DNA of 64,000 bases from Candidatus Woesearchaeota archaeon. GTDB lineage: Archaea > Nanobdellota > Nanobdellia > Woesearchaeales > JAGVZT01. Under the pieces are notes generated by a model, which saw only the letters and a list, made by a program, of their open reading frames with translations, searched no databases and was not told where the DNA came from. Positions 53,328 through 63,473 of this stretch are shown here, piece after piece. Made by a program: the position numbers and the translations under genes. The stretch covers positions 10,897 through 74,896 of the forward strand of contig JAANXH010000051.1 of the NCBI GenBank assembly GCA_018263355.1, written 5' to 3'. Numbering within the stretch: the first letter of the stretch is position 1; each line of letters begins with the position of its first letter.

Positions 53328-53807
53328 ATGAGCAAAGAAGATTTCAAACACATTGTAAGGATTGCTAATGCTGATCTAAAAGGAGATTGGCTAATAGAAA
53401 TAGCTTTAAGTAAAATTAAAGGCATTAGTTATTCTTTAGCTAAGATTATCTGTCAAAAAGCTAAAATAAGTGAAACTACAAAAACAGGAGATTTAACTAA
53501 AGCTCAAATAGAAAAATTAAGTGAGATTATTAAAAAACCTAAAAAATACAAAATTCCTTCTTGGACACTAAACCAAAGAAAAGACTTTGAAACAGGAGAG
53601 GATATTCATCTAGTTGGAACTAATTTAACTTTAAATAAAAATACTAATATTAAAAGATTACAAAAAATCAGATCCTACAGAGGATTTAGGCATGCTTGGG
53701 GCCTGCCAGTTAGAGGTCAAAGGACAAGATCAAACTTTAGAAAAAATAAAGGAAAAGTTGTAGGAGTTAAACGTAAGAAACCAAGTAAAAAATCAGGAAG
53801 AGTTTAA
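53328..53807 (+). CDS. rps13: 30S ribosomal protein S13
   Basis: IVRIANADLKGDWLIEIALSKIKGISYSLAKIIC... uS13 pattern with a basic C-terminus. Confidence 0.95.
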   Translation: MSKEDFKHIVRIANADLKGDWLIEIALSKIKGISYSLAKIICQKAKISETTKTGDLTKAQIEKLSEIIKKPKKYKIPSWTLNQRKDFETGEDIHLVGTNLTLNKNTNIKRLQKIRSYRGFRHAWGLPVRGQRTRSNFRKNKGKVVGVKRKKPSKKSGRV

Positions 53808-53860
53808 AAAAATGAAAAAATCACATTTTTTCAATTGTCAAATTCGAGGAATTTAACAAA

Positions 53861-54379
53861 ATGGGAGATCCAAGAAAACAAAGAAAAAAATACAGTACAC
53901 CGATTCATCCTTGGCAAAAAAACAGGATAGATGAAGAAAAAACACTTACTAGAATTTATGGTCTAAAAAATAAAAAAGAGATCTGGAAAATGGTCTCAAA
54001 ACTAAGAAGCTTTTCCAAACAAGCAAAAAATCTGATTGCAAGTACTACTCCCCAAGGTATTAAAGAAAAAAATCAGCTTTTATCAAAACTTTATTCTATT
54101 GGTCTGCTTCCAAAAGGCGCAGATTTAGATGATGTATTAAGTCTTTCAACCAGAGATATTATGGAGCGACGTCTTCAAACATTTGTTTATAGAAAAAATC
54201 TTGCTAAATCTGTAAAACAAGCAAGACAATTTATTGTTCATGGTCATATTATGGTAGATCAGAAAATGATTACCTGGCCATCATATTTAGTTAAAAGAGA
54301 AGAAGAAGATAAGATAAGAATTGTATCTACTTCAAAAGTAGCTAAATTGCTTAAAAAAGAAAAAGTTATTGGAAAATGA
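53861..54379 (+). CDS. rps4: 30S ribosomal protein S4
   Basis: [26 protein letters not shown]...[11 protein letters not shown] is the archaeal uS4 N-terminus, followed by an S4 domain. Confidence 0.95.
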   Translation: MGDPRKQRKKYSTPIHPWQKNRIDEEKTLTRIYGLKNKKEIWKMVSKLRSFSKQAKNLIASTTPQGIKEKNQLLSKLYSIGLLPKGADLDDVLSLSTRDIMERRLQTFVYRKNLAKSVKQARQFIVHGHIMVDQKMITWPSYLVKREEEDKIRIVSTSKVAKLLKKEKVIGK

Positions 54380-54792
54380 CAAAAAGAAAATCAAGAAGAA
54401 AGAGAAGAATGAGATGGGGAGTTGCACATATTTACGCATCCTATAATAATACTATAGTTCATATTACTGATATAACTGGAACTCAAACAATTGCCAGATG
54501 TTCTGGTGGAATGGTTGTTAAAGCAGATAGACTACAAAGTTCTCCTACTGCAGCTATGGCAGCAGCAAAAAAGGCTGCAGAAATTGCTGTTGAAAGAGGC
54601 ATCAGAGGATTACATGTAAAGATTAAAGCACCTGGAGGACATAATGGCCCATATAATCCTGGTCCAGGAGCTCAAGCAGCAATAAAAGCTTTATCCAGAA
54701 TAGGTATGAGAATAGGTACAATCCAAGAAGTTACTCCTGTTGCACATGATGGTTGCAGAAAAAAAGGAGGAAGAAGAGGGAGGAGAGTATAA
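54376..54792 (+). CDS. rps11: 30S ribosomal protein S11
   Basis: [21 protein letters not shown]...[13 protein letters not shown] is the uS11 pattern. ATGA overlap with rps4. Confidence 0.95.
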   Translation: MTKRKSRRKRRMRWGVAHIYASYNNTIVHITDITGTQTIARCSGGMVVKADRLQSSPTAAMAAAKKAAEIAVERGIRGLHVKIKAPGGHNGPYNPGPGAQAAIKALSRIGMRIGTIQEVTPVAHDGCRKKGGRRGRRV

Positions 54793-55574
54793 TGCAAGTC
54801 AAACTCTTAGAAAAAAACAAAAACAAACTTTCTTTTACATTAAAAGGTGCAAAAGTATCTTTTGCAAATGCATTACGTAGAAGTGCAATTGAAGAAGTAC
54901 CAACCTTAGCAGTCAAAACTGTTGAATTTAGAAAAAATACATCTGTACTTTATGATGAAATGATCGCACACCGCCTTGGACTTGTTCCAATTAAAACAGA
55001 CTTAAAATCCTATAACCTACCAGAAAAATGCCCTTGTAAAGGAAAGGGTTGTGCTCAATGTCAACTAATATTAACTATTAAAGAAAAAGGACCTAAAACT
55101 GTTTATACTTCAGATATCAAAAGTAAAGATCCAAAAGCAAAGCCAGTTTATCCAAAAATGCCTATTGTTAAATTATTAAAAGGTCAGAACCTTGAAGCAG
55201 AGATGATTGCAGTTCTTGGTCAAGGAAAAGAGCATAGCAAATGGAATCCTGGCTCAATTTTTTATAAGTATGTTCCTGATATAAAGATATCAAAAAAAGG
55301 AGAATCTATGTTAGAGTGCATTGATGCATGTCCTAAAAAAGTATTTGTAGAAAAATCAAAAAAATTAGCAATAGATAAGAAAACTTTAATGGATTGTCAT
55401 CTTTGTGGAGCTTGTGAAGAGATTTCAAAGGGAGAAGTTAAATTAAACAAAGATGTAGATGAATTTGTGTTTTTTGTAGAATCCTGGGGACAATTAGAGC
55501 CAAAAGAAATCATGCTCAAGGCCTCAGAATATCTTGAGGAAAAAATAGGAGAATTCAACAAAGCTTTCAAATAA
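54792..55574 (+). CDS. rpoD: DNA-directed RNA polymerase subunit D (Rpo3)
   Basis: [41 protein letters not shown]...HRLGLVPIK, plus the archaeal Rpo3 Fe-S domain CPKKVF...CHLCGAC. Start moved to the internal Met (TAATG overlap with the rps11 stop). Confidence 0.9.
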   Translation: MQVKLLEKNKNKLSFTLKGAKVSFANALRRSAIEEVPTLAVKTVEFRKNTSVLYDEMIAHRLGLVPIKTDLKSYNLPEKCPCKGKGCAQCQLILTIKEKGPKTVYTSDIKSKDPKAKPVYPKMPIVKLLKGQNLEAEMIAVLGQGKEHSKWNPGSIFYKYVPDIKISKKGESMLECIDACPKKVFVEKSKKLAIDKKTLMDCHLCGACEEISKGEVKLNKDVDEFVFFVESWGQLEPKEIMLKASEYLEEKIGEFNKAFK

Positions 55575-55590
55575 TAGGGAGGATAAAATA

Positions 55591-55775
55591 GCGGGGGTGT
55601 CGGAGCCTGGTCAATTTAAAACAAAAAAATTGTTTTAAGATGAAACGACTACGGTTGAGGGCCGTAGGCCTTAGTGGCTGCGCGGGTTCAAAGTTTGCTG
55701 GCTATTGACTGTTAGTCTTTAGCTGTTGGCAACTAATAGCAAAGAGCCAATAAATAGAAAGTCCCGTCCTCCGCA
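55591..55775 (+). tRNA. tRNA-Leu (anticodon GAG inferred) with multiple introns (D-loop, T-loop; possibly more)
   Basis: Acceptor GCGGGGG / CCUCCGC with discriminator A. D-arm UCGG-AGCCUGGUCAA interrupted by a roughly 25-nt hairpin insert. Anticodon arm CUACGG-UUGAGGG-CCGUAG. Long variable arm GCCUUAGUGGC. T-stem GCGGG-UUCAAAG, then a roughly 65-nt insert before CCCGU. Total 185 nt. Confidence 0.6.
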
Positions 55776-55793
55776 TTGATTAAATTTAAAAAA

Positions 55794-56147
55794 ATGACAA
55801 CAACAAACGTTAACTTGCAAAAACTGATTCAAAAGTTAAAAACTGAATCAATAAAGAACAACCAATCTATTTGGAAAAGGATTGCTAGTGATCTAGAAAA
55901 ACCTAGCAGAAAAAGAAGGGTTGTTAATTTATCCAGAATAAACAGGTTTACTCAAGAAGGAGAGATAATTGTTGTACCTGGAAAAGTACTGGGATCTGGA
56001 GATTTAAATCATAAATTAACTATTGCAGCCTGGAGGTTTTCAGATACTGCAAAAGATAAAATTTCAAAAAACAAATCAAAAGCAATCTCTATCTTTCAGT
56101 TAATGAAATCAGACATAAAAGGTAAAAAGGTAAGAATAATTGGTTAA
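55794..56147 (+). CDS. rpl18e: 50S ribosomal protein L18e
   Basis: ...SIWKRIASDLEKPSRKRRVVNLSRINRFTQEGEIIVVPGKVLGSGDLNHKLTIAAWRFS is the L18e pattern. Start moved to the ATG at 55794 so it does not overlap the tRNA. Confidence 0.85.
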   Translation: MTTTNVNLQKLIQKLKTESIKNNQSIWKRIASDLEKPSRKRRVVNLSRINRFTQEGEIIVVPGKVLGSGDLNHKLTIAAWRFSDTAKDKISKNKSKAISIFQLMKSDIKGKKVRIIG

Positions 56148-56148
56148 A

Positions 56149-56568
56149 ATGGTAGTTATTGACGCTGAAAATATGATATTAGGAAGATTGGCAGGAAAAG
56201 CTGCTAAATTAGCCCTGCTAGGACAAAGAGTGGATATTGTTAATTGTGAAAAAGCAGTTGTAACTGGTAATAAGAACCAGATTCTAGCAAAGTATAAGCA
56301 AAGAAGAGCTAGAGGAATCCCAACAAGTGGGCCATTTTATCGCAGAAGCCCGGATAGGATTGTAAGAAGAACTATTAGAGGTATGCTTCCCCACAGAAGG
56401 AAGAGAGGAAAAAACGCTTACAAAAGAATAAGGTGTTATACTGGACTGCCTGAAGAACTAGAAAAAGAAAAATTTACAAAAATTCCAAACGCAGATATTT
56501 CAAAATTAACCAAATTAAAATACATTACTGTTGAACAAATAAGCAAATCAATAGGTGGAAAAGTATGA
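56149..56568 (+). CDS. rpl13: 50S ribosomal protein L13
   Basis: MVVIDAENMILGRLAGKAAKLALLGQRVDIVNCEKAVVTG is the uL13 N-terminus. Confidence 0.95.
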   Translation: MVVIDAENMILGRLAGKAAKLALLGQRVDIVNCEKAVVTGNKNQILAKYKQRRARGIPTSGPFYRRSPDRIVRRTIRGMLPHRRKRGKNAYKRIRCYTGLPEELEKEKFTKIPNADISKLTKLKYITVEQISKSIGGKV

Positions 56569-56963
56569 AACACACACATACATCAGGAAAAAGAAAAGAA
56601 GCTATTGCAAGAGCAACTATTAAAAAAGGATCAGGTAAGGTCAGAATTAATAAAAAATTACTTGAAACAATAAAACCAGAGCCAATTAGGCTTAAGATTA
56701 AAGAACCCTTAATGCTTGCATCAAAATTAGGATCAAAAATTGATGTAGATGTTACAGTTATTGGAGGAGGTCAAACTTCTCAAGCAGATGCTGCCAGATT
56801 AGCTATTGCACGGGGAATGGTAGAGTTTTCTAAAGATAAAAAAATTGAGAAAACATTTCTTTCATATGACAGGAACATGCTTGTTGCAGATGTGAGAAGA
56901 AAAGAAGTAAATAAACCAAACAGAAGTAAAGCTCGCGCAAAGCGCCAGAAGAGTTACCGTTAA
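56565..56963 (+). CDS. rps9: 30S ribosomal protein S9
   Basis: GKRKEAIARATIKKGSGKVRIN ... KRQKSYR is the uS9 pattern. ATGA overlap with rpl13. Confidence 0.95.
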   Translation: MKHTHTSGKRKEAIARATIKKGSGKVRINKKLLETIKPEPIRLKIKEPLMLASKLGSKIDVDVTVIGGGQTSQADAARLAIARGMVEFSKDKKIEKTFLSYDRNMLVADVRRKEVNKPNRSKARAKRQKSYR

Positions 56964-57008
56964 AGCTTCGAAATATTTATATAAACTAATGAGGATTTTA
57001 AATAAAAA

Positions 57009-57206
57009 ATGATTATACCAATAAGATGCTGGAGTTGTGGAAAACCTATTGCTCATCTTTGGGAAGAATTTAAGGAAAAAGTTGAGAATGGTCAAGATCG
57101 GAAAAAAGTTCTTGATGACCTAGATGTTGAGAGATACTGCTGTAGAGCAATGTTTTTAGGTCAAGTTGATTTAATTGATACAACTGCACATTTCAAAAAG
57201 GTCTAA
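57009..57206 (+). CDS. rpoN: DNA-directed RNA polymerase subunit N (Rpo10)
   Basis: MIIPIRCWSCGKPIAHLWEEF...RYCCRAMFLGQVDLID is the RpoN/Rpb10 zinc bundle. Confidence 0.9.
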   Translation: MIIPIRCWSCGKPIAHLWEEFKEKVENGQDRKKVLDDLDVERYCCRAMFLGQVDLIDTTAHFKKV

Positions 57207-57290
57207 AATGAATTTTGAAAGATTTAAACCTTTACTGAAGTAAATATTTAAGTAGTTCTACTTTTTTTCTTTATTTAATAATAATTTAAG

Positions 57291-60110
57291 GTGAATCTAA
57301 TGGAAAAAAAATGGATAAAAAAATGGGAAGAATCAAAAGTATTTGAACCTGAAATAGATAAGAATAAAAAGAAATTTTTTGCTACTTTTCCCTACCCATA
57401 CATAAATCTGTTTCCTCATATTGGTCATTTCTATTCTTTAATGCGAGACGAAGCATATGTTAGATACAAGAGAATGCAAGGATTTAATGTTTTATTTCCT
57501 CAAGCCTGGCACTGCACAGGTTCACCAATGGTTAATGCTGCTTTAAGAGTACAGGAGGGTGAGGAAAATCAAATTAATACTCTTAAAAAAATGGGTTTTT
57601 CTGATAAAGAAATCAAAAAATTTACAGAACCAAAACACTGGATAGATGTGTTTTCAAAAGGATGGCAAGAAGATCTTACAAAAGCAGGGATTTCTATTGA
57701 TTGGAGGAGGAATTTTATTACAACCAGCCTCAACCCACATTATAATAAATTTATTGAGTGGCAGTTTAGAAAACTAAAACAAAAAGGATGTGTTAAAAAA
57801 GGGAAAAAACCAGTTATATGGTGCGAGAGATGTAACCAGGCTATTGGAGATCACGCAAGAGTCAAAGGAGAAGGGGAAACTCCCCAAGAATATACAATTA
57901 TCAAGCTTAAAAAAGATGACTTGTATGTGTGTTGTGCTTCTCTTAGACCAGAAACAATTTATGGGCAAACAAATGTTTGGATTGACCCTGACACAGAATA
58001 TTCTGTAATTAAAGTAAATAATAAAGAAGAATGGATAGTAAGCAAACCTTGCGTGGAAAAACTCAAATTACAAGACTACAAAATAAAACAAGTTGGGAAA
58101 ACTCATGGTAAAGATTTAATTGGTGAATATTGTCGTGCTCCTGGTGTTGATAGAGAGGTAATTATCTTACCGTCTAATTTTTGTGATCCTAATGTTGGAA
58201 CTGGAATTGTAACAAGTGTTCCAAGCGATGCACCAGATGATTATATTGGATTAAAAGACCTTTGGGAAAATAAACAAGAATGTGCAAAATATGGTCTTGA
58301 TCCTGATGAAATTAGAAAAATCAATATTATTCCTATTATTAAAACCAAAGAGTGGGGAGATAAAGGAGCAGTAAAGATTGTTCAGCAGATGAAAATTGAA
58401 AATCAGAACCAAAGAAAAAAGCTTGAAAAAGCCAGAAAAATCATCTACAAAGCAGGTTATCATACAGGTGTTATGAATAATAATTGTGGACCATATGCTG
58501 GATTAAAAGTAGAAGAAGCTAAAGAAAAGATGAAACAAAGCCTGCTAGAATCCAATAATGCTAACTTAATGTATGAACCTACTGGGACAATCGTGTGTAG
58601 ATGTATGAATCAAGCTAAGGTTAAAATTGTATCTAATCAATGGTTTTTAACATATGGTGATGAAAAATGGAAAACCAAAGCTTATGATTGCCTTAACCAG
58701 ATGACTTTATATCCGGAAAAGAGCAGAACCCAGTTTAATTATGTGATTGACTGGTTAAATGATTGGGCATGCACACATGAATCCAAAACAGAACTTGGAA
58801 CTCCTCTTCCTTGGGATAAAAAATGGGTTGTTGAGTCTCTAAGTGATTCTACTATGTATATGGCATATTATACAATTGCCCACAAAATTAAAGATATTAA
58901 CCCTAAAAAAATAAATGATTCATTTTTTGACTACATTTTTCAAGGAAAGGATGTTGAATGTAAAATCAGTAAAAAGTTAATGCAGGAACTAAGACAAGAA
59001 TTTGAATACTGGTATCCACTAGACTTTAGGGGCTCTGGAAAGGATTTGATTCAGAATCACATGACTTTTCTTATTTTTATTCATACAGCAATGTTTCCAA
59101 AAAAACATTGGCCTAAATCTTTTGGTGTTAATGGATGGGTTACTGTTGATGGAAATAAAATGTCTAAGTCTTTAGGAAATGTTATTCCTGTCAGAAAGAT
59201 GGTTAATAAGTTTGGAGCAGACGCATCAAGGTTCACAGTATTAAATGGTGGAGAAGGACTAGATGATGCTAATTGGGATAGTGACCTTGCAAAGAGTATG
59301 AAAATTAAGATTCAGGCTTTACTAGAGTTTTGCACAAAACATTACAATAAAGGTACTGATCAACAGAGAGAAATAGATGAATGGATGGAATCTACTCTTA
59401 ATAGAATAATTAAACAAACTACTCAAGCAATGGAAAAAACCTTTTTTAGAAGTGCTCTTCAATTAAGTTACTTTGAACTGCAAAGATCTGTTAAATGGTA
59501 TTTGCAAAGATGTACCGCTCCAAATAAAAAAGTCATGAACCATGTAATTGAAACACAAATTTTATTGTTAGCACCAATTACTCCATTTTTTGCAGAAGAA
59601 GCATGGGAAAAGATTGGGAAAAAACCTTTTGTTTCAACTGCAAAATGGCCAGAGTTTGATAAATCTAAGATTAATAAAGATGTAGAGCTTGCTGAAGATA
59701 TAATAAAATCAACAAGAGAAGATATTTTTGCTGTATTAAAACTTGCACACATATCTAAACCAAAAAAAATCCAACTTTTTGTGGCTGAATCCTGGAAATT
59801 TAAGTTGTTTAGCCAATTAAAAACGATTTTGGAAAAAACAAGAGATATGAAAGAGATAATGAGCAAGGTTATGCAGGACAGTGAACTTAAAAAGCATGGA
59901 AAACATATTGCTAAACTTGTTTCACATACTTTAAGAAAAGGAGTGGATGATTTGCTAAGTCAAAAAGTTGAATTAAAAGCTATTAATGAAAGCTCAAAGT
60001 TTTTTGAAAATGAGTTTAAATGTGAAATTGAGATTATGTCTGCAGATGAATCGAAAGAAAACAAGGCAAGGAAAGCAATGCCTGGAAAACCTGCTATTTT
60101 AGTTGAATAA
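57291..60110 (+). CDS. leuS: Leucyl-tRNA synthetase (archaeal type)
   Basis: PYPYINLFPHIGH (HIGH), KMSKSLGN, CP1 editing domain region. 939 aa. Confidence 0.95.
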   Translation: MNLMEKKWIKKWEESKVFEPEIDKNKKKFFATFPYPYINLFPHIGHFYSLMRDEAYVRYKRMQGFNVLFPQAWHCTGSPMVNAALRVQEGEENQINTLKKMGFSDKEIKKFTEPKHWIDVFSKGWQEDLTKAGISIDWRRNFITTSLNPHYNKFIEWQFRKLKQKGCVKKGKKPVIWCERCNQAIGDHARVKGEGETPQEYTIIKLKKDDLYVCCASLRPETIYGQTNVWIDPDTEYSVIKVNNKEEWIVSKPCVEKLKLQDYKIKQVGKTHGKDLIGEYCRAPGVDREVIILPSNFCDPNVGTGIVTSVPSDAPDDYIGLKDLWENKQECAKYGLDPDEIRKINIIPIIKTKEWGDKGAVKIVQQMKIENQNQRKKLEKARKIIYKAGYHTGVMNNNCGPYAGLKVEEAKEKMKQSLLESNNANLMYEPTGTIVCRCMNQAKVKIVSNQWFLTYGDEKWKTKAYDCLNQMTLYPEKSRTQFNYVIDWLNDWACTHESKTELGTPLPWDKKWVVESLSDSTMYMAYYTIAHKIKDINPKKINDSFFDYIFQGKDVECKISKKLMQELRQEFEYWYPLDFRGSGKDLIQNHMTFLIFIHTAMFPKKHWPKSFGVNGWVTVDGNKMSKSLGNVIPVRKMVNKFGADASRFTVLNGGEGLDDANWDSDLAKSMKIKIQALLEFCTKHYNKGTDQQREIDEWMESTLNRIIKQTTQAMEKTFFRSALQLSYFELQRSVKWYLQRCTAPNKKVMNHVIETQILLLAPITPFFAEEAWEKIGKKPFVSTAKWPEFDKSKINKDVELAEDIIKSTREDIFAVLKLAHISKPKKIQLFVAESWKFKLFSQLKTILEKTRDMKEIMSKVMQDSELKKHGKHIAKLVSHTLRKGVDDLLSQKVELKAINESSKFFENEFKCEIEIMSADESKENKARKAMPGKPAILVE

Positions 60111-60835
60111 ATTAGCTAAAAAAATGTAGAATAAAGAGTAAGCACGCTTGAGAATGGAAAACCAATCAAAAAGTTGGCTACCTTAGTTCTTTCTTGGTTC
60201 TGCAACCCCATTAGCACCTGTGAATATAATTAATGCTGCTTCATTCCTGACCTGACATGGTTCTTACAAACAAAAGTCCAACAGGACAGAACTTCATTGT
60301 CCAAACCAAGACCAACAACTTGAAAAGATACCTCTTCTCAAGCTTCGGTTCCATCGTGAAGCCGATTTATGGTAACAAGAGACGGCTAACCCCCCAACCT
60401 AGCTTACAATAGTACATTAATCAAAATATTCTTTTAAATCTTTCTAAAAAGCGGCAATGTCAAGTTAACAAACTGGTCAGGTTACATGGGGCACCCCCTC
60501 CATGTTACCGTCGACAAGATTTGCATACTCAAATGCTTGTCATTATGACGGGTGACACTTGTCCCCTTAACTTTACAATGTCAAAAAAAGGGTTAAGTCA
60601 ACTTAATAGTGGTTAGCCCCATAATACCGGTTCAGTCGTCAGTTTGCTAAACCATTATTCATATTGTATTGAGTCTTATTTGATACAATCATTCCATTGG
60701 TGTGCTTTGAATCACTTCACTCTGTTTCGCACAAAACTTGCAAGATCCTTGCAAGCACCAGAGGTTCACAGAGTAGTTGACTTTGCCCAAAAAAAGCAAA
60801 GTATATAAAGCATTCCAGACTAATTATTTAATAAT

Positions 60836-61429
60836 ATGGCAGGCAAAAACAAAGAAAAGAAAGAAAAAACAAAGAAAAAATCAAAAAATAAACGAAGAAG
60901 AAAGCAATTAGTTAAAGGTATTTTTTCTAAAGAAAGAGTTATCACAGAAGATAGTGATGCTGCCAGGGAATTTTATAATCAAAGTTGTTTTGGAAAAATT
61001 TTAGATAATGGTAAAGTTCAACTTTCTTTATGTGAAGGACTTTACTTAATGGAAAAAGGAAAACTTGACTTGCGTGGATATAGAAAAAAGAAAATTACTT
61101 CTAGAGGCTATATAATGCGGGCAAGAAAGGTTGAGCCAAATTTCTGGATAAGATATTGTGTTTACAAAAATATGAGAAACAGAGGTTATGTAGTTAAAAC
61201 TGCATTAAAATTTGGTGCTGATTTCAGAGTATATGACAGAGGGATCAAACCTGGTGAAGATCATGCAAGATGGATAATATATCCTGTTCATGAAGGAAAT
61301 ACTCTTACCTGGTATGAATTTGCAGCCAAAAACAGGGTTGCACACTCCACAAAAAAACGTTTATTAATAGGTGTTGTAGATGATGAAGGAGATGTAACCT
61401 ATTATGAAATAAGGTGGATGAGGCCATAG
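60836..61429 (+). CDS. endA: tRNA-splicing endonuclease
   Basis: Catalytic C-terminal domain GYVVKTALKFGADFRVYDRG...HARWIIYPV, with a Lys-rich N-terminal extension. Confidence 0.85.
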   Translation: MAGKNKEKKEKTKKKSKNKRRRKQLVKGIFSKERVITEDSDAAREFYNQSCFGKILDNGKVQLSLCEGLYLMEKGKLDLRGYRKKKITSRGYIMRARKVEPNFWIRYCVYKNMRNRGYVVKTALKFGADFRVYDRGIKPGEDHARWIIYPVHEGNTLTWYEFAAKNRVAHSTKKRLLIGVVDDEGDVTYYEIRWMRP

Positions 61430-61467
61430 CCCAAAAGTATTTAAACATTCTTAGCTTTTATTATTTT

Positions 61468-62451
61468 ATGGATAAAAGACAAAAGATTTTACATTTTATT
61501 CGTATGAGAGGTCCGTCTCTTCCTGTTCATGTTTCAAAGCAAATTGATACAAATATTCTAATGGCCTCTGCAATTATTTCTGAGATGGTTTCTAGAGGAG
61601 AATTAAAGGTTTCAAATTTAAAAGTGGGAGGCTCACCTCTTTACTATATTAAAGGTCAGGAAAAACAACTTGAAAAATTTAAAGATAAACTTAATCCTAA
61701 AGATAGAAGAACCTTAGAGATGTTAAAAGAAAAGAAAGTTGTACGAGATTCTGCTCTGCAACCTATTGAAAGGGTTTCTCTTAGACGTATAAAAGATTTT
61801 GCTAAACCATTAAATGTTAGGGTTGGTGAAAACAAAGAGATTTTTTGGAAATGGCATCTTATTTCACACAGCCAGGCCCAAGACATTATTCAGTCTATGT
61901 TTAAAAAAGCTCCACAAATAAAAAAACCTATAGCAAAAAAAGTCAATAAAGAACCTGAAACACAAGCCCAAGAGACAGCTAGAAAAGACGTGGAAGAAAA
62001 AAAGCCAGAACCTAAAAAAGAAGAACAAGAAAAAGCCGAAGAAGAACAACCAGAGGCAGAAAAAAAAGAACAGTCAGAAACCAAAAAAGACATCAAAAAA
62101 TCAAAAAAAGAACTAAAAAAACAAGATGATACTGAAAAAGACAGCTTTTTTGGACAAATCAGTAAATTCTTTGCTAAAAAAGATATTGAAATATTAAAGT
62201 CAGAAATAATCAGAAAAGGATCTGAGGTTGATCTGATTATTAAGATTCCTTCTAATCTGGGAGATCTAAAATATTATTGTAAAGCTAAAAGCAAGAAAAG
62301 AAACAATGGCACAGATTTAGCTGCTGCTCTTGTGCAGGGTCAGACCAGAAAACTCCCTGTTGTTTATTTAACAAAAGGAAGATTAACTAGAAAAGCAAAG
62401 GACAAACTGGAAGAAGAATTTAATGCTCTAAAATTAATAAAAATGGAGTAA
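61468..62451 (+). CDS. Hypothetical winged-helix-containing protein with K/E-rich low-complexity middle
   Basis: The N-terminal ILHFIRMRGPSLPVHVSKQIDTNILMASAIISEMVSRGELKVSNLKVGGSPLYYIKGQ looks like a winged helix, with a second WH-like segment after it. A long KKEEQEKAEEE linker and a conserved-looking C-terminal approx 100 aa follow. Start moved to the ATG at 61468 to avoid overlap with endA. Confidence 0.3.
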   Translation: MDKRQKILHFIRMRGPSLPVHVSKQIDTNILMASAIISEMVSRGELKVSNLKVGGSPLYYIKGQEKQLEKFKDKLNPKDRRTLEMLKEKKVVRDSALQPIERVSLRRIKDFAKPLNVRVGENKEIFWKWHLISHSQAQDIIQSMFKKAPQIKKPIAKKVNKEPETQAQETARKDVEEKKPEPKKEEQEKAEEEQPEAEKKEQSETKKDIKKSKKELKKQDDTEKDSFFGQISKFFAKKDIEILKSEIIRKGSEVDLIIKIPSNLGDLKYYCKAKSKKRNNGTDLAAALVQGQTRKLPVVYLTKGRLTRKAKDKLEEEFNALKLIKME

Positions 62452-62453
62452 AT

Positions 62454-63473
62454 ATGGGCACAAATCTTAAAGATCTTATAGAATTCAAAGAGATTTCTTT
62501 TCAAGAGCTTCAAAATAAAAAAGTAGTAATTGATACATATAACATGCTCTACCAATTTTTGAGCAATATTAGACAAAGAGATGGAAGCTTACTTCGAGAT
62601 TCTAAAGGAAATGTTACAAGCCATTTAACAGGATTATTGAGTAGAACAATCAAGTTTTTAGAACTTGGACTAAAACCTGCTTTTGTATTTGATGGAGAAC
62701 CTCCAGAATTAAAACAAAAAGAAAGAAATCGTAGAAAAAAATTAAAACTTCAAGCTAAAGCAGACTATGAAAATGCTAAAGCTAAAGGAGATATTAAAGC
62801 CATGAGAAAATATGCTTCAAGAACATCTAGATTAACTGCTGAGATGGTTGATGAATCTAAAGAATTGATTCGTGCCCTTGGCTGTCCAGTTATTCAAGCA
62901 CCATGCGAAGGAGAGGCTCAGGCAGCACACATTGTAAATAACAGGGATGCTTTTGCAGTAGTTAGTCAAGATTATGATACTTTGCTTTATGGTGCTAAAA
63001 AAATCATTAAAAACTTATCAATTTCAAAAAGAAAGAAACAAAGAAACAAATTAGTATATGATAAACAAGGAATTTTAATAATAGATTTTGAAGATAACTT
63101 AAGTAAACTTGGAATTAGTAGAGAGCAGTTAATTGTGCTTGCTATACTTATTGGTACTGATTTTAATATTGGTGGGGTGAAGGGAATTGGTCCAAAAAGA
63201 GGATTTAAACTAGTTAAAAAATCTAGCCCAGAGCAAATATTCAAACAAGTAGATTGGGAGTTTGAACCTAGTTGGAAAGAAATTTTTGAAATATTTACAA
63301 AAATGCCTGTAACAGATGATTATGACCTTATATGGCAAGAACTAGATTATGAAAACTTGAAAAAAATATTATCCAAACATGATTTTTCAAAACAAAGAAT
63401 AGATAAGACAATTAAAAGGTTGAATAAGATTTCAAAGAAAAAACAACAAACAGGGTTAGGAGAGTTTTTATGA
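62454..63473 (+). CDS. fen: Flap endonuclease FEN-1
   Basis: MGTNLKDLI...VVIDTYNMLYQFLS...GEPPELK and the H3TH region LIGTDFNIGGVKGIGPKRG. 339 aa. Confidence 0.95.
   Translation: MGTNLKDLIEFKEISFQELQNKKVVIDTYNMLYQFLSNIRQRDGSLLRDSKGNVTSHLTGLLSRTIKFLELGLKPAFVFDGEPPELKQKERNRRKKLKLQAKADYENAKAKGDIKAMRKYASRTSRLTAEMVDESKELIRALGCPVIQAPCEGEAQAAHIVNNRDAFAVVSQDYDTLLYGAKKIIKNLSISKRKKQRNKLVYDKQGILIIDFEDNLSKLGISREQLIVLAILIGTDFNIGGVKGIGPKRGFKLVKKSSPEQIFKQVDWEFEPSWKEIFEIFTKMPVTDDYDLIWQELDYENLKKILSKHDFSKQRIDKTIKRLNKISKKKQQTGLGEFL

Noticed and set aside
61656-62096. Minus-strand ORFs inside the K/E-rich region of the 61468-62451 gene
   Set aside because: They are antisense translations of a lysine/glutamate low-complexity tract, giving F/S/L-rich junk.
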